61,337 bases of DNA, taken from the NCBI GenBank assembly GCA_023150835.1, contig JAKLKB010000023.1, forward strand, positions 1 to 61,337, given 5' to 3'. A program made the translations under genes and the position numbers. The DNA comes from Myxococcota bacterium. Lineage in GTDB: Bacteria > Myxococcota_C > UBA6777. This document shows positions 44,642-54,507 of the stretch, piece by piece. The notes under the pieces were generated by a model. It did no database searches. It was given only the letters and a program-made list of their open reading frames with translations, and was not told where the DNA came from. The first letter of the stretch is position 1. Every line of letters starts with the position of its first letter.

Positions 44642-47600
44642 ATGACAGAAAAGAAGAAGTCACCCGAGGAAGAAAAGCTGTCCCTTGATGTTCCCGACGC
44701 GTCGTTGTTCCCAGCACTCCAAGAAGACGGAGCCAAGAGAGCGAGCGCTTCTTCCCCGGAAAAACGCAGCCCAGCCAAAGATACCTTTACAAGGGGATTA
44801 AAGGGTCTTGTGGACCCCAAGTCTTTGTTGGAGGCCGACAGTTCGGCTTCTTCTTCAAATGTCGAAAAAGGCCCGTTGTTGCCGAATCCACCCCCCACCC
44901 ATCTCTTGCGTTTGGGGTTCGATGGCCCGATGCCAACCCAAGGCGATCTGAATGCGGTGAGTGCGTCCTTGACGGAGATCGCCCCCGAACCGTTGACGCC
45001 TTTTTCTGCTTTGTCGGGCAGTTGGGAGCGTTGGGGGGGGGCCGCTTTTTTGGACCCTCGCCGTGTTGAACCGCCTCCCCATACCTCGCCTATCTCGGCA
45101 CAGCCCACTCAAAAAGTCTCTTCTTCGGGAAACGCCCCCAATCGGCCAGCCTCGGCACAGCCCACTCAAAAAGTCTCTTCTTCGGGAAACTACCAAACCT
45201 TTTCGGAGGTTGTGCGTGAGCAATCCCGATCGCTTTGGGAACAACCCCAAGAACCCGCCCCGTCACCACAGCCCGCACCCTCTTCTTCACAAATACAGCC
45301 CGATCCATCGCTCGCACAGCCCGCACCCTCTTCTTCACAAATACAGCCCGATCCATCGCTCGCACAGCCCGCACCCTCTTCTTCACAAATACAGCCCGAC
45401 CCATCGCTCGCACAGCCCGCACCCTCTTCTTTGCAAATGCAGCCCGATCCATCGCTTGCCGCACAAGATCCTTTGACGCCGATTGCAGCGGTGGCCTCGT
45501 TGTCTTTGCAGGAAGGGCAGGGCGCGGCCCCCAAAGGCCCATTTAATGCGGGTACGAGTCCATCTTCCACAATGTGGCCGGCCTCTGAACCCAGTTCACC
45601 GCACGAAGACGGGAGTTTTTCTGCGGCTTTTTGGGCCATCGTCGAAGATGCTCCCACTTCTCCCGATGACGATCTGCCGCCCCCTGCCTCGCACGTCCAA
45701 GCAAGTCCTTATCAGCCGTCTCCTCGCCCGTTGGTGGATCCGCTCAAACCTCCGAGTCCGCCTTCCACCCAGTCTCACTTCGATCGCGCCTCTGCCCCCT
45801 TCGACCCGCGCAGGAACCCTGCACTTGATGACGCCGAGGGTCATTCCCCTGCACCGACTTTCCATCCGTATGCTTTGGCCGACTCTCGGGACTTTGGGAA
45901 GCGATCGCCTTCGGGTGGATACGCGATCATGGAGCAGGACGAAACGCAGCTCGAAGATCTCAGCAAGCCCGCCATGCCTGCCGAATCCAAAAGTGCTTGG
46001 GATACTTCCACCCGCAATAAAGCAAAAAGTGTAGAGCTTTCCGCCCCGCCTACACGGACCTCTTCAACAAAGATCGAGACGAACATCCAAGAGGCCACTC
46101 AAGCCTCGCCGACGCGGACTTCTTCATCAAAGATCGAGACGAACATCCAAGAGGCCACTCAAGCCTCGCCGACACGGACTTCTTCATCAAAGATCGAGAC
46201 GAACATCCAAGAGGCCGCACAATCCTCCCGATCGCTCGCCGCCAAAGAGCGCGAAGTGCAGCTTTTGCGTGCGGCCCAACCCACCGACGAGATGCCCACG
46301 TTTACGCTATGGCCCGAAACAGAGGAACCCAAGCCCCACCGCACAAACCCTGCTTCTGCGGTGTGGCCTTCTTTGAATGAATCCGCTGCGCCTCCTGTTC
46401 ATGCCTCCAGCGCGGCGTTTTGGTCGCTCGCCGAACCTGAACCCGCCACCTCGCAGAAAACCACCTTGCCTTCGGTGAAAGCGCCTTCTGATCCTTCCCT
46501 CGCGCAGATCGTGCTAACCGATGCCTCCGACCTGTTGGAGCTGTCCGATTTTTCTGATGTCTCTGAACTGCCTGATCCCTCGAATGACCCGCAATTTTTG
46601 CACTTGGCAAACCCATCTGCGATCTCTGACGTTCCGAATCCATCGAGGCATCCGAACTTGTCCGAGATGTCGGATGCGATGAGGTTTGCAGATTCGTCGG
46701 ATCTCTCGGATGTTATGGAATTTTCGGACGCATCGGATCTCTCGGACGTTATGGGATTTGCGGACGTGTCGAGTCGCAACGATGCACCTGCCTTGAGACG
46801 CGATGCGTCTGTTTTGAAACACTGGCAACAGCCATCTGAAATGGCTCAAGCGATGGCGATGTGGGGAGAAGCGCCTCATGCGCCCGCTGCTTTGCCTGTC
46901 GTGGACAGCCCTCCAACACAACGGCCCTCTTCTCACCGCCGCGAAGTGCGTCAAAGCGCCGGAGATACGCTCGAAGAACCGACCGTAAGCGAGACCCGCT
47001 CCTCGAAGAAGCCCACCCCGCAGGAGGCCAAGAGAAAAGCCATGATCGATCACCCCCACGATCCGACCGATCCATCGCTACAGGATGGATCACGAAAACG
47101 CCGTTCGACTCCATCTTACGCAGATCTTGATGTGGTGCGAAAACTTCAATCGATGTGGATGTTGCCGCCTGAACTGCAAGCCTACGAGCGCGAAGATCGC
47201 GTTGCCATCGGCGACACGGGGATTCATCCTGTTGTGGGTCAACGCGGCACAAACCCGATGGTACCTCCGTTGGCAAAAGCTGCGCGTGGCGAGAGCGGCC
47301 CCCTTCCTTCGGCAGATCTCTCTCAGAAGATCGATCTCTCGAAAAGCACCGAAGCCCCGAACGATACAGAACAAGCCGAGATCGCTTTGGTGGTTTCGAT
47401 TGCACAACAAAAACTGCCGAAGCCGCCTGCTGCTGAGATCCGGCGTACAGTGCTTCCCGAGTACAAACAGCGGGCTGCTGGGGATGCGATCTTGCGGCGT
47501 GTGCAGGCGCGCTACGAAAGCATCCAAGTCATGTCCGAAGATGCGATGTGGCAGATCGAACTCGTTCGCGATCTGGATCTGAAACGCACCGTCGCGATCA

Positions 47601-48583
47601 AACGCTTGAAGCCTGAAATGCACATCCCCCACGCTGTGCTGCGGATGGCCGAAGAAGTTCAGATCATGGCGGGTCTCGCGCATCCCAACATCCCCGAGAT
47701 CCACGATGTTGGCGTCGATGAACAAGGCCGCTATTACTTTGTGATGGAACACCTCAAAGGCGAAACCATGCGTTCCATCCTCAAGAAACTCGCAAGCGGG
47801 GACGTTCGCTATCAAAAGCGATTCCCTCTCCAAACGCGATTGTTGATCTTTCGAGAGGTGCTTCGCGCTGTCGAATATGCCCATCGTAAGGGCATCTTGC
47901 ATCGAAACCTCAATCCTGCGCATGTGGTGGTTGGCGCACGCGACGAAGTCAAGCTCTTGGGTTGGGAGTTGGCTTACAAGTTTCACTCGATGGGCCAAGA
48001 CCCCGAACCGATGGGCGCAGAAGCGATGGATGCGATCTTTGCACCGATGGCTCCGATCCCCGGCCTTGTCACCTCCGAAGTCTTTCGGACACGCGATGGC
48101 CGCATCCAAGGCAGTCCCGCTTACATGGCCCCCGAACAGATCCGAAACCTCTCTTTGTTGATCGACGAACGCAGCGATGTGTACGGCTTGGCGACGCTAT
48201 TCTACGAATGGATCGGATTGCGCTATTATCTGGGACCCAAAAAGACGCTTGATGATCTTAGCGAAGGGATCGTTCGCGAAGAACCTGTTCCTTTGCATCT
48301 GCTTCGTTCCAATGCGCAGCCCGATCTTCCTTGGTCTGTCAGCCAGTTTGCAACACGCGCTTTGCAAAAAGATCCCAACCAACGTTTTGGATCGGCTGCG
48401 GAGATGCGTGCAGCTTTGGAGGCCGTGATCGTGGGAGGAGGCATCACACACAACGGAACACTCCCGCGTGCCTTGCGTTTTTTGGAAGAAAGACCAATTT
48501 GGGCGGGGTCTCTTTTGATCTTGTTTGTTTGTACGTTGATCCTCAGCGGGGTTCAGATCGCAACGTGGTTGCGGGCTTTTTGA
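44642..48583 (+). CDS. Membrane-anchored Ser/Thr pseudokinase with an ~955 aa disordered N-terminus
   Basis: Kinase fold from ~47513 retains VAIK, HPNI, GSPAYMAPEQ and SDVY, but the Gly-loop reads MSEDAMW, the catalytic loop HRNLNPAH and the Mg loop LGWE; C-terminal TM. Confidence 0.9.
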   Translation: MTEKKKSPEEEKLSLDVPDASLFPALQEDGAKRASASSPEKRSPAKDTFTRGLKGLVDPKSLLEADSSASSSNVEKGPLLPNPPPTHLLRLGFDGPMPTQGDLNAVSASLTEIAPEPLTPFSALSGSWERWGGAAFLDPRRVEPPPHTSPISAQPTQKVSSSGNAPNRPASAQPTQKVSSSGNYQTFSEVVREQSRSLWEQPQEPAPSPQPAPSSSQIQPDPSLAQPAPSSSQIQPDPSLAQPAPSSSQIQPDPSLAQPAPSSLQMQPDPSLAAQDPLTPIAAVASLSLQEGQGAAPKGPFNAGTSPSSTMWPASEPSSPHEDGSFSAAFWAIVEDAPTSPDDDLPPPASHVQASPYQPSPRPLVDPLKPPSPPSTQSHFDRASAPFDPRRNPALDDAEGHSPAPTFHPYALADSRDFGKRSPSGGYAIMEQDETQLEDLSKPAMPAESKSAWDTSTRNKAKSVELSAPPTRTSSTKIETNIQEATQASPTRTSSSKIETNIQEATQASPTRTSSSKIETNIQEAAQSSRSLAAKEREVQLLRAAQPTDEMPTFTLWPETEEPKPHRTNPASAVWPSLNESAAPPVHASSAAFWSLAEPEPATSQKTTLPSVKAPSDPSLAQIVLTDASDLLELSDFSDVSELPDPSNDPQFLHLANPSAISDVPNPSRHPNLSEMSDAMRFADSSDLSDVMEFSDASDLSDVMGFADVSSRNDAPALRRDASVLKHWQQPSEMAQAMAMWGEAPHAPAALPVVDSPPTQRPSSHRREVRQSAGDTLEEPTVSETRSSKKPTPQEAKRKAMIDHPHDPTDPSLQDGSRKRRSTPSYADLDVVRKLQSMWMLPPELQAYEREDRVAIGDTGIHPVVGQRGTNPMVPPLAKAARGESGPLPSADLSQKIDLSKSTEAPNDTEQAEIALVVSIAQQKLPKPPAAEIRRTVLPEYKQRAAGDAILRRVQARYESIQVMSEDAMWQIELVRDLDLKRTVAIKRLKPEMHIPHAVLRMAEEVQIMAGLAHPNIPEIHDVGVDEQGRYYFVMEHLKGETMRSILKKLASGDVRYQKRFPLQTRLLIFREVLRAVEYAHRKGILHRNLNPAHVVVGARDEVKLLGWELAYKFHSMGQDPEPMGAEAMDAIFAPMAPIPGLVTSEVFRTRDGRIQGSPAYMAPEQIRNLSLLIDERSDVYGLATLFYEWIGLRYYLGPKKTLDDLSEGIVREEPVPLHLLRSNAQPDLPWSVSQFATRALQKDPNQRFGSAAEMRAALEAVIVGGGITHNGTLPRALRFLEERPIWAGSLLILFVCTLILSGVQIATWLRAF
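45094..46216 (+). repeat. Three in-frame tandem repeats in the pseudokinase N-terminus: 57 bp x2, 48 bp x4, 60 bp x3
   Basis: SAQPTQKVSSSGN at 45094 and 45151; QPAPSSSQIQPDPSLA from 45268; PTRTSSSKIETNIQEATQAS from ~46050. Confidence 0.95.
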
Positions 48584-48626
48584 TACTGTCTCCCCGTTGG
48601 TCCGAAAACAAAGGAACTTTTTTCGC

Positions 48627-51600
48627 ATGACCAAGGGAAAGTCTTTTCCTCCTTCGTCCAGTATCTCTGTCTTTCCCAAAGAAAAAGTTGACGATGCGCG
48701 GCGCGTGACCCAAGACAAAGTTCTTGGAATCGTTGATCCGTTGCTTTTGATGGAAACCCCCGCTGCTGCGCCCAAAGCCTCCAAAAAAAGTAGCGCCTTG
48801 GACGCCATGATGTCGACGGACGATGCGCGCATCGATGATATCTTTGATAGCCTCTTTTTCTCCGAAAACCCCCCTGTCATCGAAGAAGATCTGCTTCGTC
48901 GAAAAAATACCTCCATCGAATCCGCAGTCCAACTTGCAGCCCTCGAAGCTGCCGAGGTGTTCGGCATAAAAACCACCGAACACCTCGCTGCACCACACGA
49001 CTCTTCGGCTCCGCACACCTTCCATCCCTCGCTCGATGCCGTTGCCGCCGCGACACCCTCCCCAACGGGAAACCTCCCCTCGTCTTCGACTTTTTCCGAT
49101 GCGGATGTGGTTGCTTCGCCTCCTTCTTCGGGGGCTTTGCAGCGGCTGCAACATGCCCGAACAGACGGTGATCTGTCGGTGGCCTCCCATGCCCGAACTG
49201 GCGGCGATTTGTCGATGACCCCCAATCCACGAGCGACACAGTTTTCGACGCCTGCCTTGCCTGTGGATCTCAGTACCCTTCAGTTCTCTGCGCCACTTGC
49301 GCAACACGCGATCGTCGAACCCTCTGCGTTGATCCCTCCCGAATCCAAAGGAGATATCTCTTTTCCGATCCCTCTGCCCTCTACAGATCCCAAAAAAGCC
49401 GTCACTTCGCCCTCTACCATCCCATCGGCTTTTCCTTTGGTGGGTGTGCAGCGCTCCCCTTTTCATCTGGCGGCCGATACCTCGTCGAGCCTATCGAAAG
49501 GGCCTGCTGCGGTGCCTTCTTCCGCTCCTTCAAAAACGCCCGATATATCGGCTTCTTTGCAAGATGGGTCATTGAATCCACACGCGACACGGGTTGGATT
49601 ATCGCTTGGGCAATTGATCAATCCGATGGAACTGGGCGTGGAGCTTGTGCAACTTAGCGAAGCCGATCTCAAGGGATCTTTTGGCGATTTTTCCGCCCCC
49701 ACCGCAACCTCCGAAGATTGGGCGGCTCCAAGCACTGCTTCGTCGTCGCTCAACGATCTCCACGAATCTTTCGATGATATCGCACGCGAACCCTTTGGAG
49801 AGGCGTCCCGCGAATCCTTCGACGATATCGCACGTGATGAGTGGACCCCGCCTCCCGACGAAGCCGCCCCCTTGCGGGGCGACACGATCAACCCACTTCA
49901 AACGGCGATGTTTCGTTCTGCTGTCGAGCCTTCACCCCTCGCGCCTGTCTCCATCGAACACCTTTTGCCCAACGAACCCGCCGCAAGCCCACCCACCGCT
50001 CAACCACCCAACGTCGCGCCTTCTCTCTTTCCCGCAACGCGCTTTTCTGAAACGCTTCCGCTCGCCCGCCCGACAGCTTCACAAGGCGCTGCCCTCGGTC
50101 TCTTCGAAGGAACCCCTCTGCGCCACCCCTTGCCACCGCCACAATCAACATCTTCACAGGGCGCTGTCCTCGATATCTTAGAAGGAACCCCTCTTCGCCA
50201 CCCCTTGCCACCGCCACTCGCGGAAACTTCACGGGGCGCTGCCCTTGAGATCTTGGAAGGAACCCCCGCCCATGAAACGACGTTGCCGATGCAACGTCCC
50301 CATCTTTCGACGATCCCGACAAATGAGACGGGTCATACCCCAAGACCTCCAACGCCTCCGCCTCCTAGCCTAAACAAACCTGTTCGGGGCCTTACGCCTC
50401 CGCCTCCTTCTGCGGTCGCAGCGACCCTACAGGACACACCGCGCCCATCGCTCGGTGGCTCGGGGCTTTCTGTCGGAGCCACCTTGCAGGACACGCCCCG
50501 CGCTTCTTTGGCAAATCCGCCTTCTTTGGGGGCCACCTTGCAAGATCAACCGCTCGCCACTCCGAACAAGCCCAACCCCAAGACGCGCACCACCATCTCC
50601 AAAGAAGAAGTCGACTCAGGCGTCTTGTGGAGCGCCGTCCCTGCGCCTTCTTCTCGATCAAATGAAGAAGATCACGCCCCCGAAGAAACCGTCCTCGAAG
50701 CCGAAGTCTCCACCGCCATGAAGGCGATGTCGATGGATCTGTTGAACCCCAAGTCCTCGTATCCATCGGAACGATCGAATCCTAAATCCTCGCATCCCTC
50801 GGAACTGCCGAATCCCAAGTCTTCTTCGCCATCCGCCTCACCTGCTCCCACCGCTACGGCCCCGCAAAGCCCAGACAGCGGCCTCGATCAGACATGGCTT
50901 GCCCATCCTCCACAAGGAACCCATGCGGCTTCCTCGCTGCCTTCGGCTCCCAACAGCGCGATCGCCGGAAATTCCCGAAACACCACGATCCTCCCAAAAG
51001 TCCGTATGACGGGCAAAGTACACGAACTGATCAACGAGATGCGCGAACGCTACGAGGTGGTCCGCAAGCTTGGCGAAGGAGCCGTCGGAGAAGTCAGCCT
51101 CGCCAAAGACAACGATATCCAACGCCTTGTCGCGATCAAACGCCTCAAAGAACCCACCCCCCAAACAGGCTCTTTGGCCCGATTTGTCGAAGAGATCCAA
51201 ACCAACGGACAACTCGAACACCCCAATATCGCGCCTGTGCATGACGTCGGGATCGATGCAGAAGGCCGATACTTCTTTGTGATGAAGTATGTTCGTGGCG
51301 AAAACCTCGAAGAGATCCTCGAAAAACTGCGCAAAGCCGATGCCGAAACCCACCGCCTCTATACACCACATTATCGGGCTCAGATCGCTTTGGAGATCTT
51401 GCGCGCTGTCCAATTTGCCCATGAACAGGGCGTGATCCATCGTGACCTCAAGCCGTCCAACGTGATCGTCGGACCACACGGCGAAGTCATGGTCATGGAC
51501 TGGGGCATCGCCAAGACCTTGCGCACGTCCTCTTCTACCCCTCCGATGGCGTTGCCAGAGGCCCATCCATCGCTGTTTTCGGGCGATATCCTCCAAAAAG

Positions 51601-52136
51601 AAGAACGTGTCTTTGAAACGAGCGTCGGCACCTTGATCGGGACACCTGCGTATATGTCCCCCGAACAAGCGCTGGGATTGAATGACCGTATCGATCAGCG
51701 TAGCGATATCTACAGCTTGTGCGCCATGTTGTACGAATTCTTTAGCCTGCAACATTACATGGGCCACAAAACCGATATCAAGTCCATGCTGATGGGTATC
51801 CTCACCGAAGAACCTGTGCGCATGGATTTTGTTCGCCATCCCCATCAAGATCCCCCGTCGCGTATCCTCGCCGCGCTCTTGCAAAAAGGACTCTCCAAAG
51901 AACCCGCGCAACGTTATGCTTCTGTTCAAGAACTCAGTCACGCCATCCAACACGACTACCTCGAAGGCCAAAATGCGGTCGCTTGTTCGTACTCCCTCAC
52001 GCGCCGAACTGGAAACGAACTCTTGCGCTATCTCGACCGACATCCGAGCCTTGCGCCGATGTTGGCCGTCACGTTGGTCTCCTTTGCCTTGTTTGGCGGG
52101 GCGGCTGCGGTGTATTTTCTGGTTCGGTTGTTTTAG
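48627..52136 (+). CDS. Membrane-anchored active Ser/Thr kinase with an ~810 aa disordered N-terminus
   Basis: LGEGAVG, VAIK, HRDLKPSN, DWG, GTPAYMSPEQ, SDIY; C-terminal TM. Confidence 0.95.
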   Translation: MTKGKSFPPSSSISVFPKEKVDDARRVTQDKVLGIVDPLLLMETPAAAPKASKKSSALDAMMSTDDARIDDIFDSLFFSENPPVIEEDLLRRKNTSIESAVQLAALEAAEVFGIKTTEHLAAPHDSSAPHTFHPSLDAVAAATPSPTGNLPSSSTFSDADVVASPPSSGALQRLQHARTDGDLSVASHARTGGDLSMTPNPRATQFSTPALPVDLSTLQFSAPLAQHAIVEPSALIPPESKGDISFPIPLPSTDPKKAVTSPSTIPSAFPLVGVQRSPFHLAADTSSSLSKGPAAVPSSAPSKTPDISASLQDGSLNPHATRVGLSLGQLINPMELGVELVQLSEADLKGSFGDFSAPTATSEDWAAPSTASSSLNDLHESFDDIAREPFGEASRESFDDIARDEWTPPPDEAAPLRGDTINPLQTAMFRSAVEPSPLAPVSIEHLLPNEPAASPPTAQPPNVAPSLFPATRFSETLPLARPTASQGAALGLFEGTPLRHPLPPPQSTSSQGAVLDILEGTPLRHPLPPPLAETSRGAALEILEGTPAHETTLPMQRPHLSTIPTNETGHTPRPPTPPPPSLNKPVRGLTPPPPSAVAATLQDTPRPSLGGSGLSVGATLQDTPRASLANPPSLGATLQDQPLATPNKPNPKTRTTISKEEVDSGVLWSAVPAPSSRSNEEDHAPEETVLEAEVSTAMKAMSMDLLNPKSSYPSERSNPKSSHPSELPNPKSSSPSASPAPTATAPQSPDSGLDQTWLAHPPQGTHAASSLPSAPNSAIAGNSRNTTILPKVRMTGKVHELINEMRERYEVVRKLGEGAVGEVSLAKDNDIQRLVAIKRLKEPTPQTGSLARFVEEIQTNGQLEHPNIAPVHDVGIDAEGRYFFVMKYVRGENLEEILEKLRKADAETHRLYTPHYRAQIALEILRAVQFAHEQGVIHRDLKPSNVIVGPHGEVMVMDWGIAKTLRTSSSTPPMALPEAHPSLFSGDILQKEERVFETSVGTLIGTPAYMSPEQALGLNDRIDQRSDIYSLCAMLYEFFSLQHYMGHKTDIKSMLMGILTEEPVRMDFVRHPHQDPPSRILAALLQKGLSKEPAQRYASVQELSHAIQHDYLEGQNAVACSYSLTRRTGNELLRYLDRHPSLAPMLAVTLVSFALFGGAAAVYFLVRLF

Positions 52137-52179
52137 ACGGATAGCCGATCGGTTGTTTTAGACGGATAGCCGATCGGTT
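52124..52179. repeat. Perfect 25 bp tandem duplication spanning the kinase stop codon
   Basis: tcggttgttttagacggatagccga x2 plus tcggtt. Confidence 0.95.
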
Positions 52180-52191
52180 TTCCTGTTCGGT

Positions 52192-53088
52192 CTAGGCGCG
52201 GGGGTGGCAACGGTTGTAGACATCGCGTATGCGGGAGCGATTGATGTGGGTGTAGATCTGTGTGGTGACGATCTCGGTGTGTCCAAGAAGGCTTTGAACA
52301 GCCCGCAGATCGGCTCCGTGTTCGAGAAGATGGGTGGCGAAAGAGTGGCGGATCTTGTGGGGGCAGATCGGGCGTTCGATCCCGGCACATCGGGCGTAAT
52401 GGCGGATATTTTTCCAGAAAGCTTGGCGGGTGAGTGCGCCGCCGCGTGTGGTGACAAACAGGTAATCGCTTTGGTGATCTTTGAGCAGTTTGGCGCGTGC
52501 GGATTCGAGATAGCGGGCGGTGCGTTCTTGGGCGGCTTGGCCGATGGGGACGATGCGCTCTTTTCGCCCTTTGCCGAACACGACGATGTATCCGACTTCA
52601 AAGTCGATATCGGCGAGGCGTAGCGAGCAAAGCTCGGTGACGCGGACGCCTGTGGCATACAGCAGTTCGAGCATCGCAGCGTCGCGGATCTGTGTGGCCG
52701 ATGGGGAGGGGCTTGACGAAGGTTGCGCAAGCAACTTTTCTACTTCGTCTTGGGTGAGATAGTCGGGCAGTTTGCGGCCATGACGGGGGATCTCGACGGT
52801 CGCGCAAGGATTGCGCATCAGGATATCTTCTGCGACGAGAAACTTAAAAAATCCGCGCAACGAGATCAAAAAACGCGCTTGGCTGCGGGGTTTGATGCCT
52901 TCTTCGGTGACGTGCAACAGATAATCCAATAGCGTGGTGGGGGTGACTTCTTTGAGATCGCTGATCTGTTGGCCTTGGAGAAAGCGAAAGAATTTACGGA
53001 TGTCGCGTTGGTAGGAGTCGATGCTGTGGGGGGTCAGTCCTTTTTCAACGCGGATATAGTGGAGATAAAGTTGAAGAACCTGCTCCAT
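52192..53088 (-). CDS. xerD: Site-specific tyrosine recombinase XerD
   Basis: Real start MEQVLQLYLHYIRVEKGL at 53088; LLYATGVRVTEL, GKGRKERIVP, TRQAFW, PHKIRHSFATHLL, LGH, TTQIYTH. Confidence 0.92.
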   Translation of the reverse strand: MEQVLQLYLHYIRVEKGLTPHSIDSYQRDIRKFFRFLQGQQISDLKEVTPTTLLDYLLHVTEEGIKPRSQARFLISLRGFFKFLVAEDILMRNPCATVEIPRHGRKLPDYLTQDEVEKLLAQPSSSPSPSATQIRDAAMLELLYATGVRVTELCSLRLADIDFEVGYIVVFGKGRKERIVPIGQAAQERTARYLESARAKLLKDHQSDYLFVTTRGGALTRQAFWKNIRHYARCAGIERPICPHKIRHSFATHLLEHGADLRAVQSLLGHTEIVTTQIYTHINRSRIRDVYNRCHPRA

Positions 53089-53225
53089 CGGGTTTCCTCG
53101 TTTCTTCTCGGGTTGCTTCTGTGCAGTGGATCGTGTGAAGTCGGCCTCTTGGGAAATGGACCCACCAAGAACACAAGCATTGTGGGGTGTTTGGCTCGAA
53201 ATGTCAAAGTTTTCGAGCGCAGAGA

Positions 53226-54455
53226 TCAACGCCGAGGATATGCAGCCGAGCGATCGGATGGGGAGATGGGTTTGTGTTCTCGCTCTGGAGAAGTCCGACG
53301 CATCGGGGCCGAGGAAGGGGGGGGAGGGGGCCGACGCATCGGGGCCGAGGCGGGGTCTGGAGGAGTTCGGCGTATCGGGGCCGAGGAGGAGGGGAGAGAG
53401 CGCGGAGCAAAGCAAGACAACAGCACCGCGTAATGAGGGATCTTTTGGAGGGGAGCGAAGTCGCTGTCTTTGCAGGCGAGTTTGCGGTAGGCAGGTTGTA
53501 GGAGCAGCGGCTTTAAAAGCGCGATGGCTTGTTCCAACCGACCGAGCAGACTGTAGGTGCAAGCGAGGTTGTAGCGTGCGTCCGAAAATTGCGGATCGAG
53601 CAGGGCTGCGCGGGAAAAGTCTTGGGCGGCTTGTGGGTAGCGTTTTTGATCGTGGGCGCGGTAGCCTCGGGCATGAAAGAGTTGTGCGAGATGTGTATCG
53701 AGCGCCCAAAGATAGCGTTGGGTGATCCAATGCCCGCCTTGATGGAGTCCGTAATCGATCTCGATCCAACACCACCGCTGATGACAAGACAGTCGCCGAA
53801 TATGCGCTTGTTCGGGGGCTGCGAGCGCAGGGGTGAGTGAGCGGTGATACTCGTCGAACAGAGTCAGCGCAAGGTGCGGTTCCTCGTTTTGTTGAGCGCG
53901 AAAAGACACAAAAAGGCGGGTGGATGGGGGCCAATGAGCGCGCACTAAGGGGAGAGTTGTGAGAAGCGCGCTGGGGTCGAGCGCAAGCCCCAAGCCCCGA
54001 AGAGGGATGGAACGTGACGGAGGAGAAAGCCATCGCCAGCGCGGTGCGCCTTTGGGAGAAGGCCAGCGGCGTCTCGCGATCTGTTGGGCGAGCGCCCACA
54101 GCGCCGCTTCGATGGCTTTGGGAGCAGAGGGCGAGCGCGTTGCAAACAACGCAAACAGCGGGTGTTGTGGAGACAACGTTGCGGGAGGGCGCAGCGTCTC
54201 TTGGTGGCGCTCCACGAGGGTCTCGGGCGCTTGGTAGCGTGTAAAGAACAGGGTCGGTGTTTGTTGATCTCCGCGTAAGAATTCGACTTCGAGCCGTTCT
54301 GCGGTTTGCGGATCCCAAGCGAGTACGCGACGGATATGCACGATCGGCGGGGGATTGCAGTGGTGGCCTGCAAGCAACACGCTCCAACCCGCCCACCAGA
54401 AAAGGCACGCGAAAACCTTTCTTTCTGTGCATGGGTTTGTTATCTTGAGGCGCAT
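53226..54455 (-). CDS. TPR-containing hypothetical protein, probably exported
   Basis: ARYNLACTYSLLG...ACKDSDFAPL terminal TPR motif; start uncertain; C-terminus carries 3 short repeats (53294-53390). Confidence 0.7.
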   Translation of the reverse strand: MRLKITNPCTERKVFACLFWWAGWSVLLAGHHCNPPPIVHIRRVLAWDPQTAERLEVEFLRGDQQTPTLFFTRYQAPETLVERHQETLRPPATLSPQHPLFALFATRSPSAPKAIEAALWALAQQIARRRWPSPKGAPRWRWLSPPSRSIPLRGLGLALDPSALLTTLPLVRAHWPPSTRLFVSFRAQQNEEPHLALTLFDEYHRSLTPALAAPEQAHIRRLSCHQRWCWIEIDYGLHQGGHWITQRYLWALDTHLAQLFHARGYRAHDQKRYPQAAQDFSRAALLDPQFSDARYNLACTYSLLGRLEQAIALLKPLLLQPAYRKLACKDSDFAPLQKIPHYAVLLSCFAPRSLPSSSAPIRRTPPDPASAPMRRPPPPPSSAPMRRTSPEREHKPISPSDRSAAYPRR

Positions 54456-54507
54456 GGGGCTTTGATGTCTCAAGTTCAACGTTTTGTTTGCGAGAAGGCG
54501 GCTGTCG

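Noticed and set aside
44426-48583. Pseudokinase as a pseudogene
   Set aside because: No frameshift or stop over 3.9 kb; structural motifs and TM are retained, with changes concentrated at catalytic positions.
52192-54432. 746 aa 'giant XerD' suggesting an integrase fusion or island
   Set aside because: XerD homology starts at 53088 after an RBS. The extension overlaps the TPR gene in another frame. No att site, tRNA or cargo is present, so this is housekeeping XerD.
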